A program made the position numbers and the translations under genes. From Parvularia atlantis (taxonomy: Eukaryota): a stretch of DNA of 48,734 bases. The notes under the pieces are model-generated. The model was not told the origin of the DNA. It was given only the letters and a program-made list of their open reading frames with translations, and searched no databases. The stretch covers positions 1 through 48,734 of the forward strand of contig CALSCO010001459.1 of the NCBI GenBank assembly GCA_943704415.1, read 5' to 3'. Of the stretch, positions 10,322 to 24,500 are shown one piece after another; the first letter of the stretch is position 1, and each line of letters opens with the position of its first letter.

Positions 10322-13300
10322 GGAGAGCACGACTCACGCGCCGCCCGTGCACAGAACATCCCGTCGTGGATGCAGCGCATCACCATCGCCATCGAGATCG
10401 CCTCGGCGCTCGCGTACCTGCACAGCAAGAACATCGTCCACCGCGACGTCAAGACGGGTGCGCGGACTGACGCGCACGTGCATGTGCACTGGGCTGACGC
10501 GCGCGGCCGGCAGAGAACGTGCTGATGACGGAGGACCGCGTCGTCAAGCTGTGCGACTTTGGGTTTGCGCGCGAGGTCACGTCGCTCAAGCGGCCCAGCC
10601 ACTACACCATGTGCGGTGCGTGCGCGGCCGTGGCGGGCACCATGCGCGTGAGTCGCTCACGCGGCCGCGGGTCAGGCTCCGAGTTCTTCGAGGCGCCCGA
10701 GATCATGTTCTGCCTCGATTACGACGAACGCGTCGACATCTTCTCGTACGGTGCGCTCACGTGCGGCCGGCCGAGCGTGTGCATCGCTCACGGGCGCCTC
10801 AGGGCTTGTGCTGTGCGAGCTCATCTCGCGCAAGCAGCCCAGCACAACCGTCTTCAAGCGCGTGATCCCCGGCTTTGGCATTAACGCGTGCGTGCGGCCG
10901 ACCACTGGCACAGCGCCGCTGCGGCTCACGCGCGCGCGCGCGCGCGCGTGCCAGTATGGAGATCCGCGATTGCGCCGAGGCCGAGTGCCCGACCGAGCTG
11001 CTGCAAGCTGCGCAGGGCTGCTGCGAGGACGACCCGGACAAGCGGCCCGGGCTGGACATGGTTGTTGCGCAGCTGAGGTGCGTGCACGTGTGCGGCGTGC
11101 GCAGAAGCGCGCCGTGATTGTGCGCGCGCATCACAGACGGTGCTACGAGGAGCTGTGCGGTGAGCCATTCATCCCGTACCGCGATCCGGCAGACGATCAG
11201 CCCACAGTGGACCAGGTCGTGCCAGCCGGGCCGGAGACCAATGGCGACGTGCGCACTCGCGCGTGCAAAGCGCGATCGGTCGCTCACCCAGTGCACACCG
11301 CAGCACATCGACGGTGTCATGCCCGCAGCGTCGGGCGACGTCTATGAGCCGAACACGATGACAGTGGACGCCGCTGGCGATCCCGTCGTGCGGCCGCTGC
11401 TCGCGCTCAAGCGGCAGCGCACGTCGATCAACAACGCCACGCGCATCGTCAAGGAGGACCTCCTGGCGCCCGCGACGCCCCTGCCGGCCGTGCCGAAGAT
11501 TGCCGTTGACCCCGGGACTGCCGTCGGGTGCGTGGCGCTTTGTCGTGTGCCTGGGCGCCTGTGAGGCTAACGCGGGGCCGCAGCACGCCGACGCGGCACG
11601 TGCTGTCGCCCTTCAGCCTCGGCGAGCCCTCGAGCCCGTCGCGCAACTCGAGCGGGATCGACGCCGCCTCTTCCGCGACCGATGCACCACCGGGGCAGCC
11701 GCTCGGGACGAAGCTGACGCTCTCGTGCGTGCGCGCCCCGATTCCAGCGCCGCTGACACGTGCGCCCGCAGACGTTCGTCCGCGGACCTTATCTCGTCCG
11801 CGTCGGCGGACGGCGAGGCGCTGGCGACGCACCCGTCGGCCATGGGTGTGCGCCGTGTGCTGTGTGCATGTGTGCATGAGCTGAGCCCGCGGCCCGCAGA
11901 GTACGCCAAACTGGCCGACAACGCCAAGGTCGAGCAGCTCGGGAGTATCTTCTACTACATCGACCCGGCTATCGTTCGGCGCGCGGTTGAGACGTCCGAC
12001 GGCGATCTCGAACGCGCTGTCGCGTCGGTGCTCAGCGAAGGTGCGGCCTGTCGGCCTAGTGATGCCTGCGATCTCACGCCCGCGACAACCCCGGCAGGCG
12101 AGCTCGTGCGCTCGGCCAGCGCAGATCACGTCGCAGCATTGCTGCAAAGCCAGCCGCCGCCGCCCGCGGCACCCGCACCGACCGACATCGAGGTGCGCGC
12201 TCAGCACGGCGCTGAGCAAACGCACTGACCGCGACGCTTTCCCGCCCAGCCGACAGACGAGAAGCCGCGCGCCGTGAGCATCTCGCTGCCGCCGACGAGG
12301 CCGATGTCTGGGACGACGGACGGTCCCAGCTCACCGGTGCGTGCGAGGCGTGTTGCGCGCATCGCTGACACGAGTGCTTGCCTGGAGCAGACGGGCTCGT
12401 CACCGCCGACGTCGCCGTCGGGGCGCATCAAGTCGGACGGGCCCGGGCCGCTCAAGTCCCCGCGGGCAGGGCAGCCGGTCGCTACGGCGGCAGCGGCCGT
12501 CGACCGTCGCCGGGGCTCGCTCGGCAAGGTACGCGCGCATTGCCTGCGATCTGCGTGCTCACGCCGTGCAGTCGCGGGAGCAGAGCGCGCCGCCCGGCAG
12601 CCCGTCGTCGCCGTTCCACCGGCGCAAGTCGTCGTCGGCCGGGCGATCGGCAGCGGAGCGAATGCTCGAGCGGCTGCCGAGCTTCAGGCGCGAGACGGCC
12701 GAGAACACGCCCGAGATCATTCGGATCGGGCGGACGCTGCTCGTGACCTACGCCCTGCGCTCGTCATACTTTGGCAGCGGCGACGCGCACGCCCAGCAGC
12801 GGTGGACGTCGTTCCTGGTGCAGCTCACGGCGTCGCTGCCCGTCGTCGACTGCCAGGCGCGCACGCCTGCGGGCCGTGTGGTCTGTCACTGACCCGTGCA
12901 ACGCATAGGTCCGCTCGAAGAATACGCGCCTCAAGACGTACCGCAACTGGTGCGCGGCAGCGATTGGCCGTGGTGCGCGCGGTCTCACGACGGCGCGTGC
13001 GCGCAGCTTCACGGCCGAGGACCTGATCTACTGGCTCATGTTTGTCGAGCAGGACGCCCTGCGGCGGCGCGCGGATGGTGTGCGCGTCGCGTGTCATCTA
13101 GCACTGCTGACGCGCGTGCGCGCGTGCGAGCGCAGCCATCGAGCTGGCCAACATCCTCGTCAAGCTCGAGATCATTGTGCCCATCCACGGCACGCCGGCC
13201 ATGACCTTCAAGGAGGGCGCGAACGTGCTCTTCCGCTACCGTCACGACCAGGCCGCGCTGCAGGCCAACCTCGAGAGCAAGGCGCTGGCCGACCGCAATG

Positions 13301-13749
13301 CCAAGAAGGACATGACGCGGCGGACGTCGCTCAAGCGCTCGTCGATAGTGCGCAACCGCGCACGCGTGGCACGATGGGCCCGCTCAGCTGCATGCGGCGC
13401 AGAACCCGCTCTCGAAGGGGCTGTCGTCGCCGCCCGCGGTCACGTCGCCCACGGTCGCGTCGCCCGCGCGTCGCACTCCCTCGGCCATGTTCCTCACCGA
13501 CCAGTCCTCGCCGCCCACCGACACGGTGCGCGCCCACCCATCCGGGATGCGGCACCGCACGCTCACGATCGCGCTGCTGCGCAGGCGACGCTGCACCGCA
13601 AGCCCAGCGGCAAGGGCAAGACGGCGGCCGGCGGCACAGCGGCCTCGCCCGAGCCGCCTGCGCCCGACAGCAAGCCTAGACGGGGCATTGGCGCGAGCCT
13701 GCTCGACATGGTCTCGGCGCTCGGGCTTGGCGGCGTGGCCAAGAAGTGA
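9851..13749 (+). CDS. Tyrosine-kinase-like LISK (LIMK/TESK-related) kinase with CUE-like and DEP domains
   Basis: LGKGQFGSVY, VAVKK, HRDVKTENVL, KLCDFGFAR, TMCGSEFFEAPEI, VDIFSYG, FKRVIPGFGIN. CUE-like segment near 11925-12035; DEP-like RLKTYRNCFTAEDLIYWL...LVKLEIIVPI...FKEGANVLFRY. The 3' end may extend to ~14020. Confidence 0.9.
10288..10320 (+). repeat. (GCT)n trinucleotide repeat inside a kinase intron
   Basis: About ten GCT units between the GTGCGT donor and the CTCAC branch point. Confidence 0.9.
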
Positions 13750-14118
13750 GTGGCACGGCACGTGTGGAAGGATCAGTCCGGACAGGCGCGGCCGCGCGCA
13801 CAGGCTGCTTATGTTCCCGCGCCGCGTGCCGCGCACATCGCGCAGGCGGCAAGTGGGGCGCCCAGGACGGCGTGGGCGGGCTGCCCGGCTGCCGTGCAGG
13901 GCCGGGCTGGCTCACGTGTGGCGCGCGCATCAGGCGCCTCGCGGCCGTCGCCAGCACCGCGCACGGCGACGTGCTCGACCTGTACCTCTCCCTGTACCGG
14001 CGCTTCCTGAACACGGCCTGAGAGCGTGCTCGCTGGAGTCACCGACCACACCGGCCGTGCAGCACCCGCACGCCACGCCGCGGTCGGCGCAGACTGGCCA
14101 GGTGCGTCACAACCACGG

Positions 14119-15289
14119 TCACAACGCCGACGCGACCTCGCCGCGCCCCTCGACCGTGGCCATGTCGGCGAGCAGCTCGCGGCGCCACGCGTCGTACTCG
14201 GCGGCCGCTGCGGCCTCCTGTGCGGCCTCGAGCTCGTCTAGACGCCGCCGCCGCTTCGGCGCTTGCTCGATCAGCGGTGGCGGTGGCGCGTCGGCGGGCC
14301 GTGCGGCGCGTGCTCGTTGAGCTGGTGCGGCGGCAGACCGTGGCGGCGATGCGGGCGACGAGGGCGTTGACGGCAGCGCGACGCGCGGCTGCGATGCCGC
14401 CGCCGACGTTGGCTCATCCGAGTGCTCGTCGTCGTCTGGTGCTGCTGCTGCTGCTGCTGCTGCTCCGACGCTCTTGCTGCTGCGTGTCGCGCGTGCTGGT
14501 GCAGGCTGCGCGCCGCCCTTGGCCGCGGCCACGGCGTCGGCGCAGACGTCCTCGATCGCGGCGCAGACCCGGTCAAAGTGCGCCTCGCCCAGCATCGCGC
14601 CGTCCAGCAGGGCGCTCTTGCGCAGCTGCACCTTGAGCGCGCGGCACACGACCAAGAAGGCGGCGACGACGTGCACGGCCTCGGCGTCGGGCATGCGCTG
14701 GCGCACGCTGCGGGGCACGACGATCAGCAGCAGCAGCAGCAGCAGGCAGCAGCGAACGCACGTCGCCAGCAGCCGCTCGCACGGCGCGACGACGCCCACG
14801 CAGCCAAACTGCACAGCCAGCTGGCGCACGCTCACGTCGCGGCTGCGGCGCACGTCGATCAGCAGCCGTCGCCGCCGTCGAGGTGAGGTGAGGCGCGCAC
14901 CGCTCGTCCACGAGCACGGCGCGCAGGCGCTGCAGCGTCTCGCCGTAAACCTTCTTGGACACGGCCGAGGCGCGCACGGCGGCGGCGCGGTCGATCGTGC
15001 GCCCGAGGCTGCGCGTCGGCCGTGTGAGCGCCGACGGGGCGCGAGAGGCCCGGCGCGCACAGGCCGCACGCGAGGTCGACGCAGACGGTCGGGCGGCAGA
15101 TGCGCATCTGCCGTGCCGCGTGGCCGTCGGTCAGCGCAGACGGCAGCAGCAGCACGGCGCGCGCACCTGCTTCGGCAGCGTCGGGCAGCGCACGTCGGCG
15201 AGCCGCAGCAGCTCGGCCGCGCGGTCGCGCACGTCGGCTGCGTCGGCGCCAAGGCCCAGGCGGCGCATCGCATCGGCCACGTCGGCCAT
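14119..15289 (-). CDS. ORC6: Origin recognition complex subunit 6
   Basis: N-terminal RAAELLRL and CVDLAC, central VRQLAVQFGC and AAFLVVCRALKV, and the C-terminal EYDAWRRELL motif typical of Orc6. Confidence 0.85.
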
Positions 15290-15332
15290 CAGGATCGAGT
15301 ACACAAGGTCGGGAGAACAACAAAGTGAGGGT

Positions 15333-17243
<1,911 letters not shown>

Positions 17244-17331
17244 GCCCGGCGTGTGCTTGCCGATGATCTGTGCGTGCGTGTGGGAAAAACTGAGCGATCA
17301 CCTCGCGCACGGCGCGGGTGCAAAAGGGGAA

Positions 17332-17349
17332 GGGGGGGGGGGGGGGGGG
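17332..17349 (+). repeat. G18 homopolymer between two divergent genes
   Basis: Directly visible. The RGS coding sequence starts immediately after it with no ATG. Confidence 0.95.
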
Positions 17350-17351
17350 CC

Positions 17352-20300
17352 TTGAAGGGCTCGATCATCTTTGCGCGCTACCTGCTCGACAAGGGGCTGA
17401 GCGACGACCCGGTCATGTTCTTCCTCGGCGCGCAAGAGTTCCACAACGAGGCCAAGCGCGCGACAAACGAAGAGCGCGCCGAGGCGGCCAAGATTCTCTA
17501 CGACGCGTTTCTGAAAAAGGTGCGCGAGGCGGCCGCTGCGGCTTTGGTGTGACCGACCGCCCGCGCCCGCAGCCAAAGAAGATCCGCAACCTCGGCCTGA
17601 GCGACCCGCAGATCGTGAGCGAGATCGCCGAGCACATCAACAAGCCGACCAACTGGATGTTTGACCGCGCGGCGTCCGACACGTTCACGCAGGTACGCAG
17701 GACCCGGCCGTGCCGTTGCATCTTAACCGCGCGTGCCGCGCGCAGATGGAGAAGAAGCACTTTGACGCGTTCCGCAAGAGCGCATTCTACAAGCAGGTGA
17801 CGGACAAGGTGCGTCGCGCACCTCGCGCGCGTCGCCGTGCGCGCCGACGTGCTACACAGTCGCTCTCGGCCAAGGTGACAATGCCTGCGACGCTGGTGTC
17901 GGCCATGGAGCAGCTCTCGCCGTCCGAGAAGGCGCGCGATGTGCGTGATGCCGTGGCGCGCGAGCGCGCGGCTGCTCGTTGACGACCTGTTTGTGCGTGC
18001 GCAGGAGGCGCAACAACAGCAGCAGAAGGCCGAGGTGGAGGCGCTGGTGGCCAGCTCGAGCAAGCAGGAGGGCGACGCACGCGTCAAGGCCGCCCCGCGC
18101 AAGGAAAAGGTGCGCGCACGCCCGACAGATGCACGCGCCGACCGCTGACACGCCACGCCCGCGCCCGGTCCGATAGAAGACAGTCAAGGGGGGCAAGTCC
18201 TTGCGCACGACCAAGGCCGTCCTTGTTACCGCGCCCGTCGTCGCCGACACGCTGGCGCCGCTGCCGAGCAGCCCCGTCTCGCCGCGCGTGGGCAAGGCAC
18301 CGCGTGTGGCCAAAGCGCTCAAGCGCGGCTCGTCACTTGGACCCTCGCCGCGGAGGACCGTCGAGCTGGCCGAGTGCGTGTCTCCCTCGCGCCTGCAATG
18401 CGTGTCTCACGACCGCCCGCGCAGGTCGCCGGCCGTGGCGCTGCCGCCGTCGCCCGCTGCCGCTTCGTCCGCAGCCGCAGCAGCCGCAGCAGCCGCGGAA
18501 CCGGGCAAGAAGAAAAAGTCAATCCGTGCACGAGGTACGTACACGCCCAGGCCATCATTCGTGCGCCCCCTTCCCGGCCAACGCGCACGCAAACGCCAGG
18601 CCAGAGCGAGCGCAAGGCCAAGGCCAAGGCCGGCGACGGCGCCGACGCCGAGGGCGTAACGCCCATCCGTCCCGCGGCCGGGCCGCTCAAGCGCTACGGC
18701 GGGCAGGGCCAGGCGTACTCGAAGCTGAAGGACGACTGGGTGCGCCACCGCCGCACCGCGTCTCGCGCGCACGTCGTCGCTGACAAGGCGGGGCGGCGCA
18801 GGTCGTGTTTGACAACAGCGAGCTTGAGGCGATGGCCGCGCGCGCGGGCAACGAGCTGACAGAACGGCGTCGGCTCACCGTCGCGACGCTCAACATCACG
18901 CGGGTGCGGCGCGCGCGAGGCGCGTGCGGGCCCCGGTGACTCAGCGGCGCCGCAGGAGGCGCAGAACCCGCAGGTGCGCTTCCAGGCCATCTGCGAGAGC
19001 CTGAAGAACCTCAAGGCGGACGTGATTATGCTCCAGGTGCGCCGCTGAGGCCGCGCACACCTGACCACTCGGGCGCTCAACGGCCGGCGATGTTTGCAGG
19101 AGGTCACGCCCGTGTTCCTCATCAGCCTGCGCGAGTGCCCGTGGGTGCGCGACGCGTTCTACATCACGGACGTCACGGGGTCGTCGTTCGTTGGCCGCAA
19201 GTACGGCCAGGTGTGTGCGCATGGCACCACCGCGCCTCCGTTGGGCTGGCCTAACCCCGCGTACACTCAGGTCGTGCTGTCGCGCGTGCCGTTTGTGGAA
19301 ATCATCTTCTCGCAGCTGCACTCGCGCAGCCAGGCGATGGCCGTGGTGGGCGTGATTGTGGTGCGCACGGCGGCTTGCGCGGCCCTGTGTGAGCGGCGTG
19401 CTCACGGTACAGTGCAGATCAACAGCCGCCGCGTCGGCTTTGCCAGCCTGGACCTTGACGAGCGCGAGCAGGACACGGCGCTGCGGTGCGCGCGCGGCCA
19501 GTCAGTTGGTGGCGCGGCGCGGCACTGACGTACCCGCGGGCGCAGGTCCGACCAGCTGCAGAGCGTGCTGACGCTCGTGAGCGAGCTCGAATGCGACGAC
19601 GTCTTCATCGGCGGCTCACTCGCCTCCGACGCCAAGTTTGACAGCCTTGTGCCGGTCGACCTGGCGCACGGCTGCGTCGATCTGTGGGAGCAGCACTTTG
19701 CCGGTGCGGGCCGGTGGCTGGGCGTGTGCGGCGCTGACGACCGTCGCACGAAGGCCTGATGGGCCAGGGCGGCGAGCCTGCAAACGGCCTGTCGACGCGG
19801 TCGATGCCGTCCAGCCTGCAGTCTGTCGAGGACTCGTCGAGCGTGTCTGCCGCCACGAGCACAAGCGTAAGCCCCGCTGTGCAGTTGCGCTCATGGTGGC
19901 ACTTACGGCAGTCTCGTCGCGTGCCAGACGAACGCGCACAAGCGCTCGGTCTCGTTCCAGACGCCCGACGACTCGCCCATGTCGGGCCGCGTCGGTCTTG
20001 CGAGTGCGTTGCGCTCGCGCTGGCTGTGCCGCCTCGCTCATGCCGCGCGATCGCAGGTCCCGTGTCGGACTTTACGCGCCGGGTGTCGCAGGCGCGTCGC
20101 AACCGCTCGTCGATGCGCCTGACCGAGGGCGCGGCGGGCGCCGCTGCCGGCGCAACAATACGGTCGTCGTCGAGCCATCCGTCGGACCTCGACAAGACCG
20201 CAGCTGGTGCCGTTGGTGCGGCACAGCCCGATCTCCTCGCGGTGCCGGGAACAGCCAGCGCGAACGACGCGGGTCTGCCGGCGTTCGGTGTGTCGCGCCG

Positions 20301-20757
20301 CGCGTTTGCGGCGCATGTCACTGACGCGGCCGGGGCGCAGGTTTCACGGTCAACACGCGCCTCAACCTGCTCGCGCGCGACTTGTTTCTGGTCCACCCGG
20401 TCCGCCGGCCCGACCGCCTCATTGTGCGCTCATACGAGAACTACTGGGGCCAGACGCGCAGCCTGCGGCTGTTTGCCAACGAGCAGGTCCGCATGCGCGC
20501 GCGCGCGCGACATTGGCAGGGCGCTGATCCTGTGTGCGCCGCTCACAGATCCCCGGCATGGCTGGTATCTTCCCGTCGGCGCACTTTGGCGTCGTGGCCG
20601 TCGTCGAGTGCGCGCCGCCGAGCGAGCCGCAGCGGTGCGCCGCGTGCTGCTGCTGCCGCATCGGTGTGCTGCGTTGCTGACGCGGCGCGTCGCCAGGACG
20701 GCCGCACCGACGAGCCCGCGCGGGGCCAAGAGCGGCAGCGGCTGCGTCGTGTCGTAA
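17352..20757 (+). CDS. RGS domain + TDP2-like EEP pseudo-phosphodiesterase + C-terminal CaaX protein (5' end unresolved)
   Basis: RGS: GSIIFARYL...VMFFLGAQEF...AKILYDAFL...MFDRA...MEKKHFDAFRKSAFY. A continuous spliced frame leads to EEP motifs TLNI, ADVIMLQEVT, YGQVVLSR, VDLW, RPDRL, PSAHFGV. Ends GSGCVVS*. Confidence 0.8.
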
Positions 20758-20819
20758 AGCCCAAAGCGGCAGCATTCATTATTGTGTGCGTGTGCCACGA
20801 GACCACTTTCTTTCTTCCC

Positions 20820-21506
20820 CTACTTTTTGAGGCTCTTGCGCAGGGCGCGCGTGAGCTTGAGGCGCTTCTTGTACTTGTGCTTGTTCATCTTGAGCCGGCG
20901 CTTCTTGAGCACGCTCGTCATCCGCCACACGGGCGGCTGGGCCGTGAGGCTGCGCGTGCGTGCTCGCCATGAGCACGCGGCCCGACAAGGCGCACGCGCG
21001 TCGGCACACACCCCCGCAACGCCTCGTTCAGCTTGCGCAGCAGCTCCTGCGCGCCGCCCTCGACGACCTCGTCGCGCTGTTTGCGGCGCAGCGAGGCGTG
21101 AGCGCGCACGGCACGTGCTGCGCGCTCACGCCGACGCACCAGCGGCCACTGCACGAGGTGCGGCGGCTGGTGCGGCCGCGGCGGCATGAAGAGCGACACG
21201 TCGCTGTGCAGCAGCGCGTCGGCCGTGCGCGCCGCGGCGGCGGCGGCGGCGGCGGCCGCCGGGGCCGTCGCGGACGCGTCGCCGAGCAGGTGCCGCCGGT
21301 GCGCCGCGTCGAGGTCGCCCATCACACGCCGTAGCGCCGCGGCGCCGGGCGCGCTGATCGGGAATGCTGCCGCATGCACACACGGACGCCAACGTCAGGC
21401 GCCGCCGCCGCCGCGTGAGGAGCGCGTGAAGGGCCGCGCGCGCACCGTGGCTCGAGACGGCGCGCGCCGTCCACGGTGCCAGGCGTGCGATGCGCAGCCG
21501 GTGCAT
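20820..21506 (-). CDS. mS38: Mitochondrial ribosomal protein mS38 (Cox24/AURKAIP1 family)
   Basis: C-terminal TSVLKKRRLKMNKHKYKKRLK signature and an Arg-rich presequence-like N-terminus MHRLRIARL. Confidence 0.88.
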
Positions 21507-21557
21507 GTCGCTGAAATCGGCGGTGCAATTGATGTTGCAGGCGTACGTATGTACACG

Positions 21558-24500
21558 TTACAGGCTGTGCTCGCGGCGCGAGGCGTGGTACAGCGCGTTT
21601 GTGCGCGGGCTCGCGAGCACGTAGACCAAGTCGCTGGGCAGCACCGGCGTGCTCGGCCTGTGCGATGCGCGCGACGTCGGCGGGCACGCAGGCGGACGCG
21701 GCGTGCGCGAATGGAGCGCACCAGGGGCTCGTGTACACGAAGCTGAAGAAGGTGTTGGTGCTGCCGGCGTCGCTGTTGGGCTGGCGGTGCAGGCCGATCG
21801 CGAGCACGCCGTGGTATTCCTGCACAGCACGGCGTCAGCGGGCACGGGCCGCACCGGACAGCGCACCATCAGGTACTGGAACAGGTGCCCAAACGTGTGC
21901 GCCGGCGACGGCGCGGCTTTCGCGTCCTTGTCGGCGCCACCCTCAGCCGGCGCCGCGGTGTGCACGCTCGTGTCGGACGGCTGCGGGCCAAAGAACAACG
22001 ACGGCACGCGGATGCTGTGCAGACGCTGCTGGTGCACGCCGAGCTCGTCATCCAGGGCTGCATGGCCGCATACACGGTCAGCGGAGCTGGATGATGGGAG
22101 GTGGCAGCGGCAGGACGCACCGCACATCTCCTTCTTCTTGAGGTTGCACAGCAGGTCGATCAGCGGCATGATGTTCTCGCGCCCCATGAAGACCTGCGCA
22201 TCACACAGACATCATCAGCACCCGCACGGCACTTGCACCGAGCGCACCTGGAACAGCAGGCCGTCGATCATACTCGTGGAAATGATGCGCCCGGACGCGT
22301 AAACTGCGTCGCGTCAGCGTGCCACCCAGGCTGCGCCCATGCACGCGCGCACCGGGGCTGAGCATATAGCGGTAGTCGTTCGAAAAGTCTACGTCGACGC
22401 CCGAGCCGGTCACCTGCGGCGGGATGAAGCGCCAGTTGTTGCGATGGACTACGTGCGCGCGAGTGAGCCCCGCAAACACACACTGTGCCGTGCACGGCGG
22501 CGTACTCAGCTCAGTCTGCACGTTCCTGATCTGGTCCTCCCCGGCCAAGTTGAAAATTTTGTGCGTCATCATGCTGCGGCGCAAGCGTCGGCACAGGGTG
22601 CGGGCGACGACGCGCGCGCACATGTTGCCCACGTCCAGCAGCGGCTCCTCGATGTCTTCCTGCATGCGCTTGCTGTAGTCGACCGCCACGACGACGCGCC
22701 GTGCCCGGCGCACGCCCGCGCTCAGCAGCACCTGCGTCTTCTTGGGGTCGCCCTGAACGCGCACACCCGCGCGTCTGAGCGCCCAGGGAGGGCAGCCGCC
22801 ACGCGCGAGCACGCACGACGAGGTAGTAGATGAACGGGAACCATCGCAGGAACTTCCAGTCGTCCCGGCTCGGCGGTTTGGCGTGCACAAACACGATCGG
22901 GTAGATCTCGCTGTAGCGCAGGTGCGTCGAGCGCAGGGTGCTGACAAAGAAGAGGTGGTCTCTGGCGCACCACGGCGCGTCAGGATGGCCCGTCCCCGCG
23001 TTGCGTGAGCGCGAGCGTGTGCCGCACTTCATTTGGCCGCACACGACGACGTGCGACCGCAGCCCGTCCGCGTTCTTGATCTCGGCATCGTCGTACGCGA
23101 CGGGGTTCCTCAGCACGAAACTACGCGGGCAGGACGTGTTCAGCTGACGTGCGTGACATGCCGGTTCGCACCCGCGTACCACTCGTTTACGGGCGAGTCG
23201 ACGCAGTTAACGTCCGGGAAGTGCGTCTTGACGGACGCCTCAAACACCTCCACGGGCACGACCGTGCCGACCTGAACGCACTCCACGGGTCATCGCACCG
23301 CGGGCCCCCGGCGGCGCACGCACGTGGCTCTCGCCCTGGTCGTCGTCGCCGGGCACAAAGTGCAGCGGCTCAACGTCGTCGGCGTCGGCGTACAGCGTGA
23401 ACAGGGACGTGTCGATGAAGCGCTGGCCCGGGCGGTCGTTAGCACGCGTTTGTGCCCTGCACAGGCGCGCATGCGCACCTCGCCGTTGAGCGGGCGCCGC
23501 GGGATCGCGCTCACGTCGTGCATCTCGTGCATGTTTGAGCGCTCGCGCCGGATGTTGCGCAGCTCGTGTGCTGCCGGGCGAGCGTCAGGCCGGAGAAGGC
23601 GTCAGCGACCGCGCGTACCCTCGTCGCTCGACTCGAGCAGGTCGCCGAGCGCGGCTGTCTGCACGTCGGCAAAGTCCTGGGCGATGAAGAAGGCGATGTC
23701 GCTCTCCTGCAGCACGTAGTCGTACAGCTTGGACGTCGGGTTGAGGAGCGTCTGTTTGCACCGAGCCTGAGACGTACGGTCTTCGTCGCGCACGCACGCA
23801 ACGCACGTGGTGCACTTTCTTGTGCGGCAAGAACGTGCGCACGCCGAGCATGATCACGCCGTAGCGCTGGTAGACGTCCTGCGCGAACACCATGTCAGCC
23901 CGATCGCGTGCTGTCCTGAAGCTGCGCACCAGGCACATGAACGAGAACGTGCGGTTGATGTAGAACGCCCCGACGGGCGCCTCGTACAGCTCGTTACCCA
24001 CGCCGTCGCCTTCGCACGCGTGCGGGCTCAGGCGGCTGCATGCTTCGTGCGGCCGGCGGCGCACCGTACTGGTCCAGCCATGACGTGCCCCCGCGCACGT
24101 TGGACGACTGCCGCCACAGGTTGAGCAGCAGCGTGCTCACACCCGGGTAGAGGCAGTTGGCCGCCATCAGCGCCTGCTTGTACGTCTGCAGCGCGATGTT
24201 TTTGACGTCCTTAAGGTTCGCCTGGGGAGCGCGCTGAGCTGCACGCGCATGGCCGGACGTGCGCGAGACGCACGCGGTGCTCCGGCAGGTTGTTGAGCAC
24301 GTACAGCGGCACGTTGGGCGAGTGCTCCTGCACGGCCCACGCGCGCAGCGTATTGTGCCGGTCGGCGACGGCGTGGTCGTCGTGGTACTTGTCTGCACGC
24401 TCATGTGGGTGTGCACGCCCACACGCGATCGACCCACGCGCACCCGAGATGAGGAACACGGCAGATGCCGTGCGCACGCCCGCGCGCGCCAGGTCGTCCG

